Positions 37,001 to 49,935 of a DNA stretch of 64,000 nt are shown in pieces. The notes under the pieces are model-generated. The model ran no database searches. It was not told where the DNA came from and saw only the letters and a list, made by a program, of their open reading frames with translations. The position numbers and the translations under genes are program-made. Numbering within the stretch: position 1 is the first letter of the stretch; every line of letters starts with the position of its first letter. The DNA lies in the NCBI GenBank assembly GCA_051362555.1, contig CM120649.1, forward strand, positions 18,490,567-18,554,566. Reading direction: 5' to 3'. This DNA comes from Lingula anatina (Eukaryota; Animalia; Brachiopoda).

Positions 37001-37337
37001 AGGGATAATAACTCTTCGTATGATATCTTTATTTCACAATAAAAACATTGTGAACAACTCATAGAAATATAATATATTCTGTTTTACCCCAAAAACAGCA
37101 GTTATAGCTATTATTCTGATATCTGAACTTGTCTTCAGATCACGTGACTTCCATTGATGGCTGTACTCTGTTATAATCTCTTAAGAGATTTTAACAAAAA
37201 ACCAAACTTTTTAGAAAAAAACCAGGGACTAACTTTGAAAGTAAAAATGGATTCATTAACCATTGGTAAGTATGGGAAAATTGTTGTTTACTCCAGGAAA
37301 ATTCATTTTTTGGCCAAAACAAAGAGTTATTATCCCT
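37001..37337. mobile_element. Kolobok-like TTAA MITE, complete
   Basis: TTAA|AGGGATAATAACTC...GAGTTATTATCCCT|TTAA. Confidence 0.85.
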
Positions 37338-38213
37338 TTAAACCTGAAATAGACTTCAGTGGATCTGTTTACACACAAACATGAGTCATTCAGTAACAGC
37401 TCTAAACAATAGCTGAATAATTTAATAAACCGCAACAGAAACTGGTGATTATATGAGTACGTTGAAACCAAGAGGAGGCGTGTTAATCTGTTAATCTGAT
37501 TGCATTCAGCAACGGTCTCCACAGAGTAGGATCGATCTACCTAGGACAGCAGCTTCACAGGGAACACACCCTTAAAACCTTTAGTAGCTTCTTCTATTCT
37601 CTGCCTTGTGGCATCATTTTTACAAAGTAATTTGTATAGATAACATACAGCAAAATTGCACATCTCAAAACACATGGCTGTAATTGCTTTGTGATAACGT
37701 TAAACACACACCTCTGGCAAACACTGAAGGATGCTTTCCTACATCACAGAGAACGTTCACAGTAATTTTTTTCCCCCTTTTCTGTTAAGGGTTATCAAAA
37801 ATTAACTTAAGATAATCTTACACTTTTTTACTGAATATATTTTTAATTGAAGAAATCCATTTCAAGTTGTCAATAAAAAATATAATTTTGACAATGACAC
37901 TGAAAAACAGTCAGATCTAATACAATTCATTATTTCATCGAAATATACTACTTGTTCATTTAATTAAATGCCTGTCAATGTTAACTTGAAAAATTCTGAT
38001 CATCTTCCAGAAGACAGCCTCCATCCACCCTAAAATAATCAAGGTAATGTAACAGCAGGAAGCCAACTTGTGAAAGGGAGTCACCACTCCTACCCCCCCC
38101 CCCCACCCCCCCCACCCCCCAATCTCCAGCAGTATATTCACATATTACATGCAGCGCCTGTAAAAATGGATCCATCCCGTTAAGTGTATACCTCAATGTG
38201 AAGAGGGACATAC

Positions 38214-38397
38214 AGCGCATTCAGAACAGTGGACTAACAGATCTGCAAATCGAATATGGCAACCTTCTTAAAAGCTTGCTGCTTAATTCCCAATTACACA
38301 CTGAATAGATTCCCCTCAGGGATTACGCAACAAGCATTCAAGAGGGTCAGCCTTATTTGATCTGCAGATCTGTTAGTCTGCTGTTCAGAAATATGCT
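38214..38397. mobile_element. Old foldback MITE downstream of the GDPD stop codon
   Basis: Inverted arms gaacagtggactaacagatctgca / tgcagatctgttagtctgctgttc. Confidence 0.6.
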
Positions 38398-38801
38398 TTT
38401 CACTGACTTGACTCATTGTAAAATTATTTCTAAATTGTCTGATAAAATGCATTGTCCCAGTCTGAATTTATGACACTTAGGCATTCCCAGGCATTCATTT
38501 GTGTTAAAAACACTTTAATTAAAAAAATAACAATAACAAAATCTTTAACACTGAGGGATTTAATAACAATCCATTAATCTTTTCAACTTCAGACCAACTA
38601 AGCCAGAAATTAATTTATGTGAAAAGAACAGAAATGACTGTAACATCAAGTTCATTCACATTTATAATATGGACTTGCTAAAATAAGTGGCGTTGTAAGT
38701 TTTTTGGGATTAAGTCACATAAATGAGGATAACTGTCATAATATGATGGTAGGATAAGAAAGAGGTATCACAGAGAAAAAATTATCCAGCTGTTGATCAA
38801 T

Positions 38802-41800
38802 TTAAGTAGTAAAAGTTGACATCACGGGTCGCACTTCACTGCTGGCAACCTCATTCCTCTCATTTTCCGCCTCGCTGGAGAAATATTCCCCACTCCCAGA
38901 ATGCCTGCTACTCCCGTTCTGTGCACAGTCAGGTTCGGGAATATCCTCTGGGCGAGAATCTGGGTCAATGCCAAGTTCGATCTCATCCGTGTACAGCAGT
39001 TTTTCTTTCATAACGCGTCCCTGGGAGTCCAGTCTCCGTGCCCGGGGGTTCTGGAGGTGGAGCGTCTCCGGCGTGAACTCTTGCCCACCCTTCTGAATCC
39101 TGCAGGGTGCAAAACAGCAGAGAAAGAAGGACCATGAGGAGTAAGCCATAATAATGCCATTACACAGACACACACACATGCACTAATACCTGCTGTACAG
39201 GGTTTGGATTGGTCTGTTAAACGGGAGAAAATTGCGACATTCGAACAATAAGGACTCTCTGAGAGAGCCTTGGGCTATAGGGGTGGGGTGACTGTTGTGG
39301 GCTAAAGGGGGTGGGGGGTGGGGGTGGGGTGAAAGGGGCCTCATTTTAACAGACCTTAAAACATTGGCTCATCCTGGCATAAATGAGATTTTTTTTCAAA
39401 AAAAATCAAGAGAAAGTGAGAAAAAAGTCAAGTTTCTATTCATTTAGCTCACATTTTTCCTTTGAATTTTTGAGTTTCTGGATCTTCTAATATTTTTATG
39501 CCACAATGAGTCCAGAATGGAGGAAAGAGAAAGACACCTCAAGGATCCAAGCACCCACCTTCTTCTAAAAATCAAAATGTCTGCCAAAAAGAAGGAAACA
39601 GGAATTGCAAACATTACCCCCTCCCCCACCTTAAACTATGTTATGTTTGAAGTAAAGCAAGGGTGCTTTATAACCAAGAGGAGAAAAATGACAGCAAAAT
39701 TCCCCAGCAATATTAATACCAAAAGCCAAATTCACATCCTTCAGCAGAGTCATAACAACTTGACTGTATATGGCTGCATCACAATGCTTTCTTGTCTACT
39801 ATCAGGATGTCTACTGTAACTACGATAATGATGGACCAAGAGTCTTGGGATGCTGATATAAGGCCGCATGCAGAAAAGATGATCTGCAGACCAACTGGTC
39901 TGGGTATCAAATATGGTCAACCCACTTCAAAGCAATGATGCTAATTCCCTAATGGCCTCCCCAACTACTGCACACGACAGCCCTGCAGGTGCAGATTTAA
40001 TCGATTTAAATTAGTAAACAAGTTTATGTAATTATAAAATTTCCAAATAAATCTTAATATAATCAACTCTGGATAATGGAAATTAAAAATATTAATTGAG
40101 GACTTTAGCTAACTTAAACTAATCATTAATTTTGTATAAAATTTCAAAGAACTATCCCTGAAGCTGAGAAGCATTTCCGCACACAAGCATACCTATGTGT
40201 GAGTATTAGCAGTCTTCCCTAGTCTTTTCTTATGCCATTTCAGCCTTATATGCTATAACTGGTGATGTCCCTTCCCAGGACGCAATCTCCCCTTTAACCA
40301 ATATCTCCTAAAGAAATGGGATTGAACAAAAGCTATACAATATGAAATGCACTATACATCAATTTTGATCTTTATATAAACAGGAAAGAGGTATTGAACC
40401 AAAGGTTTGCTTTTTTTTTTTTTTTTTTTAATTATGGAGAAGTGATTGGAGGGGAGATTAAGCTTTGTTCATCTTGTCTTGGGGAGTTACAAAGGTGAGG
40501 GGGAAAATGAGCATTGTCATCTGATTGCAACCTATGATATGTTTAATTTAAAAGAAATTCCTTGATGTATTGCACAACTGCCCAGGACACAATCCTTTCG
40601 TCTCACCTAACACACTCTTCTGTGAAAGAGCCACCTGGCACAATCAACATATATATCACTTACCACAACAAGCACTACTAGCTTTTTGTTAATGACAACA
40701 GGATAGAAACAAACAGATTGTTTAATCTGTAGTGAGGTTTCAAGAGGGAGAGGGGCTTCAAACCCTGCATGATAAAGTTAAAGAATTTGTTTCACAAAAG
40801 TTTAAGCACAAAAGTTTAAGTTTTCTCTCACAAAACAGAAACATAAGTTTATGATTATCAAGAAATAAAAAGGTCTGGCGGTCATTTTCATTGCCAATGC
40901 CACCCAAAGTAAAGATTTATTACAAAAGAGGGCAAAGTGGGAGGAACAGAAGGATAACAGAATGGAGAGGTAAGACACAGCAGGAACTGTAACAGATAGA
41001 GGGGAGAGTTTGGAAAAAACTCTTAAAAACTGTCAACAAGATGGACATATTTATGTTTGCCCAAAAACAATGGCAAGAGTTTCCTTATGTTTGCTTCTCT
41101 CAGCTCAAGGTGGCCAATGAAGAACTGGAATTGTAATTATCAGGCAGTTTCCTGTCTCACAGTTAAACATCACTTCTATCATCCATTTCAGATAACTTCT
41201 GTATCCCAAGGAGAACCCCAACTTGATTAAAAAAAAAAAAAAAACTCCTTCACATATCACTCTACTTCACAGCCATTACAACAGTTGAGTGTAACTAAAT
41301 AATGTGCTATAGGAGGAAAGAGAGGGAAAATATGAAGAATTATATTAGTCAGGTAATAATTTTAAAACAGAAAACTACTAGCCACAGGCATTCAATGCAC
41401 CAGACATCAACTAACAGGTAACTACAGTGCTGGTTAAGCAACAACATTTGGGAATGTAAAGAACAACAAGGTGCAGAAAGAGTTAGGCAACAAGGTGTGG
41501 ACAAAGTTAGGCAACAAGGTGCTGTATAAACTAAGTAACAAGGTAGGAAAATGCCATGTAAATATAAAGAAAGGAAAAAGGTGCTTGGATTCTAGGTGGG
41601 CGCATGTTGGAGTTCAAAAATACGAACTCGACTTCTGAACCTAATTCAAAACAAATTAATTGATTTTTTCTAGCAATAATCATAACATAATTATAGAAAA
41701 CTGCATCACTGAGGCACAAGATTTGACCCAAATTATATATGTATTGTATATAATCAATAAAAGAGAAGAAAAGATCAATATGATGTTTTAACCAGCAAAT

Positions 41801-42745
41801 GAGAAAATTTTTTCTAATGAGAAATTTTTTTTAGAAACTTTGACAAAATATCAAGGCCTATTGAAAAACACCAGAAAACATAATAAGAAAAAATATAATA
41901 GTAATTACTTTGTTTTGTAGAAAAAAATGCATTTTTAGCTGAAACTGGGTATATTTCTGAGAAAAGTGCATTTGCCGGGGAATAAATTCAATCTACATAA
42001 TTTAAGAGGTGTATGCTTTTGATTGGTAAAAATTTCAAAATCATTTTACAAGAAATGAGTAACATGGTTGGAAAAGCAAGAAATGGGTAAAACAGACAAT
42101 AAATTTCTAAAAGGGTAATAATTTGAATCAGTTCAATTATACAAAGTTCAAACCAGTGCAAAAGAAACAGAGCTTGGATAATAGTTAAATATATTAGAAC
42201 TATTTCAATACAACCTTGATTTTCCTTAAAACTCAAAATATTAATTTTGTTGAATACGAATGTTTATAGCCTACAATAGATAATTTCTGTTCACTATTCT
42301 GTACTAATCTAAAATACAATAATAAATCAATGTTGTTGTTTTTTCTTTGAACATAAAAGACAGTAAATAGATAATATTATCAAATTAAGTAATCGTTAAA
42401 ACAAAAAAAAAATTTTAATTACCTTTGAATAATGAAGAAGGTTATGACAAGGATGGCGGAGATAACATCGGTCAGTACCCAGATGATCAGATAGCTCTGT
42501 GGACTCTGAAAGTACAAGTTCATTATGTAAAATACACTCATGTATTTACACTATCTCTAACAGAAACAGACATGCAGTGTGACCAAATTAAGATAAGAGT
42601 GAAAAAAGATTAAAGGAAGTCCATGACTGTATGTTTGAGGAATGTCTTTACACCACCTACTTACACCTCCCTTTCCATTCTACCACCCCAACACTTTTTC
42701 TCTCCCCCCTCTCTCCCATCTCTCTCTCTCTCTCTCTCTCTCTCG

Positions 42746-42787
<42 letters not shown>

Positions 42788-42868
42788 CTCTTGCTCGCTC
42801 TCTCTCTCTCTCTCTTGCTCTCTCTCTCTCTCTCTCTCTTGCTCTCTCTCCCATCTCTCTCTCTCCCA

Positions 42869-42905
<37 letters not shown>

Positions 42906-45900
42906 CTCTCTCTCTTGCTCTCTCTCTCTCTCTCTCCCCTCATTCCCCCTCCCTCTCTTTCACCCCTGATATGCAATTGATATGCATCTGATATGCAATA
43001 GGGTTACACTGTCAAGTTAAATATTTTGATTTGTGAGACAATAGTTAAGAATAAATAAATAAATAAATGTTATACTAATAACAGTCTTGCCACACTGACT
43101 CACCTAAATCGCTCTCTACCCCCTCTCCCCCCCCCCAATACTTACAATATACCAGGAAGGCCTGTCCATCTGTGCGAACACGTGGCACATGTTGGTGGTC
43201 ACAGACGCAGTCCCCATACACCAGAACAGTGAAAACAACCACGGACTGTCCACCACATACACATTGCTGCTGATATTGTGACTGGCATACGTGCTGAAAT
43301 AAATAAATGGATAAATAAATATTTTACTCAAAATAGTCTAGCTATACTGAATCACCTAACAGAACAATTACACTTTCCTTATTGACATCCCTATCAAAAT
43401 ATTATATTCTTTAGTATTGTTTCAACAATCACAATATTCTAACTTGACAATGTTACCTAATTGCATGTCAGACAGTCAAAAACACCGTTACATGGTATAA
43501 ATTTACTTAGCATATTGTCTTCTCTAACACAATATACACATTATAACCAAATTGTCTCACCTAACACAATTCAATCTTTTTACCTGATTTCTTCCTGTGT
43601 AAGCACATATTGAGAGTTCACACTGTGAATCCCCTCTTTTTGGAGATGCTCAACAGAGGGGGACTTCCCCTTTATTGGATAGACTGTGGTGAAGTCAGCA
43701 GGGTACTTAGTATTATTGGTGGTGTTACTTAGCCACCATACCTAGAATACAAGAAACACATCTAGAATATGGGAAACAGTGGCATCGCTTTTTTAAAAAT
43801 CTTATTATTTAATAACTTGAGTTAGAAATACAAATTATGCAAAATACACCAGGGCAATATAAATTATGCAATTTCAACTTATTATGGTAAAAATTACAAC
43901 CTTAGACTGAACATTGGACTGTGCAATAGCTTGATTTTAATTTATATTTATTTATGATTATGATCTACATTCAAAGATATTCAGCACACAGCAAAGGAGG
44001 TTCTAGCCCCATCTCTGTTTACAAAATAATACTGTCTCAAAATTTCCTTTAAATTTGGCAGCATTTTTGACTCAACATCAACTCCGATATGAACAATGCT
44101 ACATATGGGATTTTTTAGCCTTATGCAGGGATGAGACTGCCACTTACTGTAAAAGTTGGAAAATAGGGCTATGATATTTTTTACTCTCAAAAAGTCAGAA
44201 ATCCACCAATAATCGGAAAAATCTCATCCCTACTTATGCCACAACAAACTTACCATATTTGGCTGTATTTTTGATTTCATTATAGCATCAACTGTGACAT
44301 TGACAGAAGAATTATAGTATGGGTGGTCTTCAGATTCCACCCGGAGATCAAACATCACTGTTTTGTTCAGCAGCCTGGCTAATGTGCAGAGTTGTAGGAG
44401 AGTAGGAATGGTTTGGTTGGTGTACAGCTCCTTTGTGCTTTCACTGAGACTTGAAGCTGTGTGGAAGGGGTTTTGCTGAAAAACATGAAAGAGGTGGCGA
44501 TAAAACGATTTTGTTAAAAAGATGGGTCTATATGTATGATAAGTATAGTCTGGCATAGTATAGTATAGACTTTCTTGCCATATGCTCTTCTCTAACACAA
44601 TACACATTCCTACCGTTACAGTATAAATATTTATGACAGCCACTGAGGTCCTTACCTTCATAAACCACGCCCCAGCATTCAACTGTTCCAACTCTGAGAT
44701 TGTGAAGTTCTCTGCCAATTCGTCTTTTCTGTCCGGGAAAACTTCAGCGACATTTGTGGTTCTCCGTAAAGTTTTATCATGCATTAGGAATGGAACACCA
44801 TCACGACTGAAATTTGAAACATTTATTTTGGATTTTTTTTTCTTATTGCAGGACAAATCTCTCTCTCTAATGTATGACAAATTTTTGCTGCACATGCAAC
44901 AGCATAATTATCCAAATGAGAGCTGGCAATAAAAATTACTGTTATGCACTGCACAGAAAGAAAGCAGAAAATATCACTTCAAAAATTAATTTTTCGGAAA
45001 ATATGAAATAAAACCCTTCATTATTATTTTTCTTTTATGATATAAGTATTTATACGATGTAATTTTGTTAGGTTAAGTGACAATTATTTGACAAATCAAC
45101 TCACTTCAAATACATCTTTGAATATGTAAGCAATAACACAGCATTTAAATGAGATATAAAAAATTCTCTCACAGCATTAAAAATGAACTATATATTTACT
45201 TAAAAATTTAAAGTATATATACAACTTCTACTTAAAAATAGACAATACCTAAGACAATACCTACCTCACCCTGACATCAGACTCAAACCCCAAGACTCCA
45301 AAATCTGCAGATCTCCTAAATGCCCTCAGTGTATTCTCTGGAGAGATCTGAAAGGAAAATGGTACATGATAAATGCCCTCAGTTCAGTGTATTCTCTGGG
45401 GAGATCTTAAAGGAAAATGGTACATGATAAATGCCCTCAGTTCAGTGTATTCTCTGGGGAGATCTGAAAGGAAAATGGTACATGATAAATGCCCTCAGTT
45501 CAGTGTATTCTCTGGGGAGATCTGAAAGGAAAATGGTACATGATAAATGCCTTCAGTTCAGTGTTTTCTCTGGGGAGATCTGAAAGGAAGACCAAAAGTG
45601 ATGAATGCTCTCATTGTATTTTCTGAGGAGATTTGACAGGAAAACTGAATGTGATAAACAACCTCAGCATATTCTCCAAGGACCCATGAATAGGGCCTGA
45701 CCACTATATATTGCACCAAAAGGTCAGTGAGTAACAGCATCTACTAACATAAGTCTGATGAGGGCCTACTTCCAGGTTAGCCATAAGCTAACAGTATGAA
45801 AGTTTTTCATATTGTGTTTTATCATTTTCATTTATAATATAATAAAAAAATATCAACAAAACTCACTGCAGCAGCTCCCCTGTGTGCCATAACCATGGGT

Positions 45901-48718
45901 TTATCAGGCAGAGTGGAACTATCTCCAATACAAGGTGACTGGATAAATACAGGAACTATGTACAGGCCCACCATTACAACTATATACACCAGCAGCCAAA
46001 ATATCTTCAATCCTGCAACAAGATACAACAGAATCATATGTTGTGAGCAAGTAGGTTTTGTATGTGGGAGTATGTGTGTATCTGTCTTTCTACAGGAAAT
46101 GCAATGAAATAAATATAGTTTGTGCATGTTTGTGTGACTGCATGTTTAACGTGTGCATGTGAACAGGGAATGTTTGTCTCAAAAAATATATCAATTCTGC
46201 TCCTCTACTACTGACATGATAAATTTCACTATCACACTCAACACAACCAGTATTTTCACACCTAGCACAATCAACTCTGTCTCATCCAGCACAATCAGTA
46301 TTATCACACCTAACACACTGCATGAACTAACCTGTTTTGTTCCAATACATCCACTGCTCTGCCACTATCCAGGACATTCCTGTCATAAGTACTACAGCAC
46401 CAATATGTAGCCATGGCCCTGTGATCTGAAATAAATTTAGGTACTAGATACAATACTGCATGCCAGATACGCAAGTGTCATTTTCGAGGTGTATTGGGTT
46501 CCAGTTCTTAAACTTTTGTCTGTCCATAATAAAAAGAATAGCATTGTCTAAATACAAGTCTAAGAATACAGCACAGTTAAAGGAAATATGGACCTAGGGA
46601 ACGCCAAGATTCCCATTTCATCTCACTGTGCCCTATTCTTCGTTGTTCGAGGGGACTGTGTAAGAAATGTTAAAGTAATATCAACACAGTGTACATCTGA
46701 AACATTACACAGTCTGTCCATAACAAAACAGTATCTGTTCATAAAAATGATATCACATACCTGGAAGGACAGGTCCAGTGTGAGGACTTCCATCATTCTT
46801 GTGAAATCTGCTTTCCCCATCACACCTAACGCAATGGCCACAATCACACCTACCACAACTATGGTCACAACCAGGGCACGGTGGCAGTGGTGCATGTAGA
46901 TCTGGTGCCCAATCACTATATGACACATGGCCAGGAGCTGGAGGAGAAACAAATTGTGTTCATTGTCACATCTAACACAATGCTATATGACATAGGGCCA
47001 GGAGATGGAGGAGACACAAATTGTGTTTGTCACATCTAACACAATGCTGTATGACACATGGCCAGGAGCAGGAGGACAACATTGTATTCATTGTCACATC
47101 TAACACAATGCTATATGACATAGGGCCAGGAGTTGGAGGAGAAACAGACTGTGTTCACTGTCACATCTAACACAATGCTGTGTGACGTAAGGTCAGGGGC
47201 TGGAGGAGACACAAATTGTGTTTGTCACATCTAACACAATACTATATGGCAAAGGGCCAGGAGCTGGAGGACAACAAATTGTGTTCACTGTCACATCTAA
47301 CACAATGCCACATGACCAAGGGCCAGAATCATACAATGACTTTAATCATGCTCGATGTTTAAAGAGTCCTATAAGTGTGTGCGTGTGTGCATGTAAGCAC
47401 GTGGTATAGTACAAAATATTTATGGATATGTTTTATCACAAAACTTACCATGAGGAAAGCCAAGTAGCCAAATGAGAGGCTTGTTAAAATAATTATAATG
47501 AGGTACCAGGGAATCCATACTTTTGTTTTGCTGTATAAAAACCTGAAACAATGTGGTAATGAGTCCATGAAATCTTGATACAATCAATGAACTGCAACAA
47601 TGACATTAAAAAGAAAGATCACAGCTGAAAGTTATTTATTAGAGAGTCTTTAAGAATTTCATAACAATTTCTCTACTCAAAATGTAAATTATCTTTTTAA
47701 AATGGTGAAACGATGTAAGCTTAAAGGAGTACAGATTAATACAAATATAATAATAACAATAAATTCTTTAATTGCTCACAATAAAATTCTACATGCTCCT
47801 TTTAAAATCATCAAAATAAAAACATAACTGATATTTAAATAAAGAAGATACAGGAATACAAATTACCAATCAAATGAGTTGCTATCATTCTCTGTAATTA
47901 ACCAGTAATAAAACCAAAATGTGATGAAGAGGAAAGACAGCAGAAGGACGGCAAACCATGCTATGTCAGCCTGGAAAAGAAACACTTGATAACAAAATAC
48001 TGTCACAACTAACACAATTCACTGGCATAACTAACACAATTTACAACCCAATGTCACTTAATGTTGCATAACAAGTCAGAGTTCAGCTCTGTACATGCCC
48101 TGTAACGCATACAAATAACTACCAAATTCGTACACAATTCAAATAAAATTTACATGCCAAAAGATAAACCAAACTAATTACTAGGTCAGCTAAAAAAAAA
48201 TGTATGTTCTTCAAATTTCTGGTCATAAGATTGACCCAATAATCCCTCCTTACAGTTTGCAACGGAACAAAGGAAATCATGAAAGAAAACCCCAGCGGTG
48301 CTAATTAAAGTTACACTATTTGAAACTATGCAAGGGGTTGCATTTGGTCAGGTTTAGTGGGAATAATTTGAACATATCTGACCTCTTAATATGCATCTTT
48401 AAACAGCTATACATGGGATATTTTTGTTTTTTTCTCATTGGCAGAATATTGTGTTTGACCTAGACTCAATAATCACCAATGTAATTGACACTTAAAAATT
48501 AAGCTAATACTTGCATATATATTTTTCTTCTTTTAAATATGTTAAATGTTTAAACAACAGCCTAAGAAAGTTTTAGTTCTATAATAGAATACCAATGTTA
48601 CCTTTTTGCTGTATCTCCTTGATTGTTTGTATCTATGCCATTTACACCCAAACAACCCTGTCAAACATAAAGCAAAGTAATTCTGCTTATATTTCTGTAT
48701 TGTTGTATGAGTAACCAT
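38802..48718 (-). CDS. GDPD5: Six-TM glycerophosphodiester phosphodiesterase, GDE2/GDPD5-like (probably co-orthologous to GDPD2/4/5), ~624 aa
   Basis: Coding exons 48718-48602, 47970-47867, 47542-47449, 46937-46761, 46425-46332, 46012-45867, 45347-45265, 44806-44656, 44475-44254, 43741-43584, 43293-43146, 42505-42423, 39099-38802. All are GT-AG and the frame is open (1875 nt). Motifs CLTGLFGCKW, HRGA..ISPENT, FESDV, DGVPFLMHD..LRRTTNV, PWLFSLFWC. Confidence 0.93.
42700..42935. repeat. (CT)n compound microsatellite, intronic
   Basis: Long interrupted ctctct tract. Confidence 0.97.
45318..45680. repeat. ~58-bp minisatellite copying a GDPD splice acceptor
   Basis: About six units of aaatgccctcagt(tcagt)gtattctctggggagatctgaaaggaaaatggtacatgat. 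Confidence 0.9.
46917..47325. repeat. ~63-bp minisatellite copying a GDPD splice acceptor
   Basis: About six units of ggccaggagctggaggag..aattgtgtt..tgtcacatctaacacaatgct. Confidence 0.9.
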
Positions 48719-49806
48719 GACGGAAGTTTCTCTTCATAAAACCCTCTTCCCAAGGGTTTGGATGTCTTAAATAATCTCTCTTTTGTTGAGTATTTTATGT
48801 TTTCTCCTTGTAGTCACACAAGTAAGGGTGGTTTCTTCTGTCAACAGCACAAGGATCATCTGTGTTACATTACAATTCTGGTGACTCACAGCTAGTTCCG
48901 TTCTTTTGATATCATTTTCACTTAGACCTGCAATGAGAAAAGTTTGACATTGACAACTGTAAAAGTACTCAGAGAATACAAACTTTGCCCAGGCTTTTGA
49001 GAATTTCCCAAAGTCATATTGTGTATGTGTACATATCATACAAAGCTAAAAATAGTGGGTTGTTTCCAACATACTTGTATTGACACCAGTCTTTCAATAT
49101 TCCTTTCAAGACCACAGGAGTAGGCATGTTAATCTGTTAACCTGGTTGCATTCAGCATGAGCCCTGGTGGAGTTACTGCGCAATAGATAGGTCAACAAAA
49201 TTCAATGTGAACAGTCCCTTGCTTCATACACGCAACCATGTACTGTACATAATATCATATTAATAGACGAATAACACATTATATAGTTGTTAACATTATT
49301 AATATAGGTATAATCAAGATCATTGTTGTTGTTGTTGTTGTTATTGACCTCAGATAAGAGTGGGAGGCGGGGGACTCTCTGGAATCTGTATTAGGTATTT
49401 GGATTATGACTCACGAATAATCAGCTTACAATAATGGTATTACTCAATTACCCTGAAATCTGTTATGTTCAGCAAAACAATTGCCTTAAACCCCAATGTT
49501 GTTTTTTCAACTGATATTAAAATCTTCTGTAACGAAGAGCCTTTGAAAACAGAAGGCACAAAACTATTTACAAATGAAAAGATTGTCGGTTTCGGGTCAA
49601 CGCTCTTCAGTCTTCTAGAGATTACGAAACGACGGCATCCACTGACACGATTCTAAACAATTGTCTACCACCCTGAGCTTAAATAATTTAGTAATGTGAT
49701 GAAAACGCATCTCTATGATGAGATGATATCAGCAATGTTATAACTTTATCCTAAAGACGCAATAAAAGTATCTTAAAGAAACTTTTAAATCAAATAAACA
49801 CCTCAC

Positions 49807-49935
49807 CTTTCTCCCGGAAGTGTACAAAACGCAAATGTAAAGCTAACCCAAGTAAAAGAAAATTAGTTTCGCAGATAATGCCATCCGTCTGCTGTGTGCA
49901 GATAAGTCATTTTAGTTCTCAAAATGGCCGCCACC
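49807..49935 (-). promoter_or_regulatory. Probable GDPD promoter / non-coding first exon
   Basis: Donor AG|GTGAGG at 49806, ETS motif CCGGAAGT (~49814) and YY1-like AAAATGGCCGCC (49921). The acceptor of the ATG exon is at 48928. Confidence 0.5.

Noticed and set aside
39100-39190. Longer last GDPD exon suggested by the 125-aa ORF
   Set aside because: The upstream AG at 39190 gives an immediate stop. The AG at 39100 has the pyrimidine tract and restores family similarity.
42623-42991. Poly-LS and poly-RE ORFs
   Set aside because: Translations of the (CT)n microsatellite.
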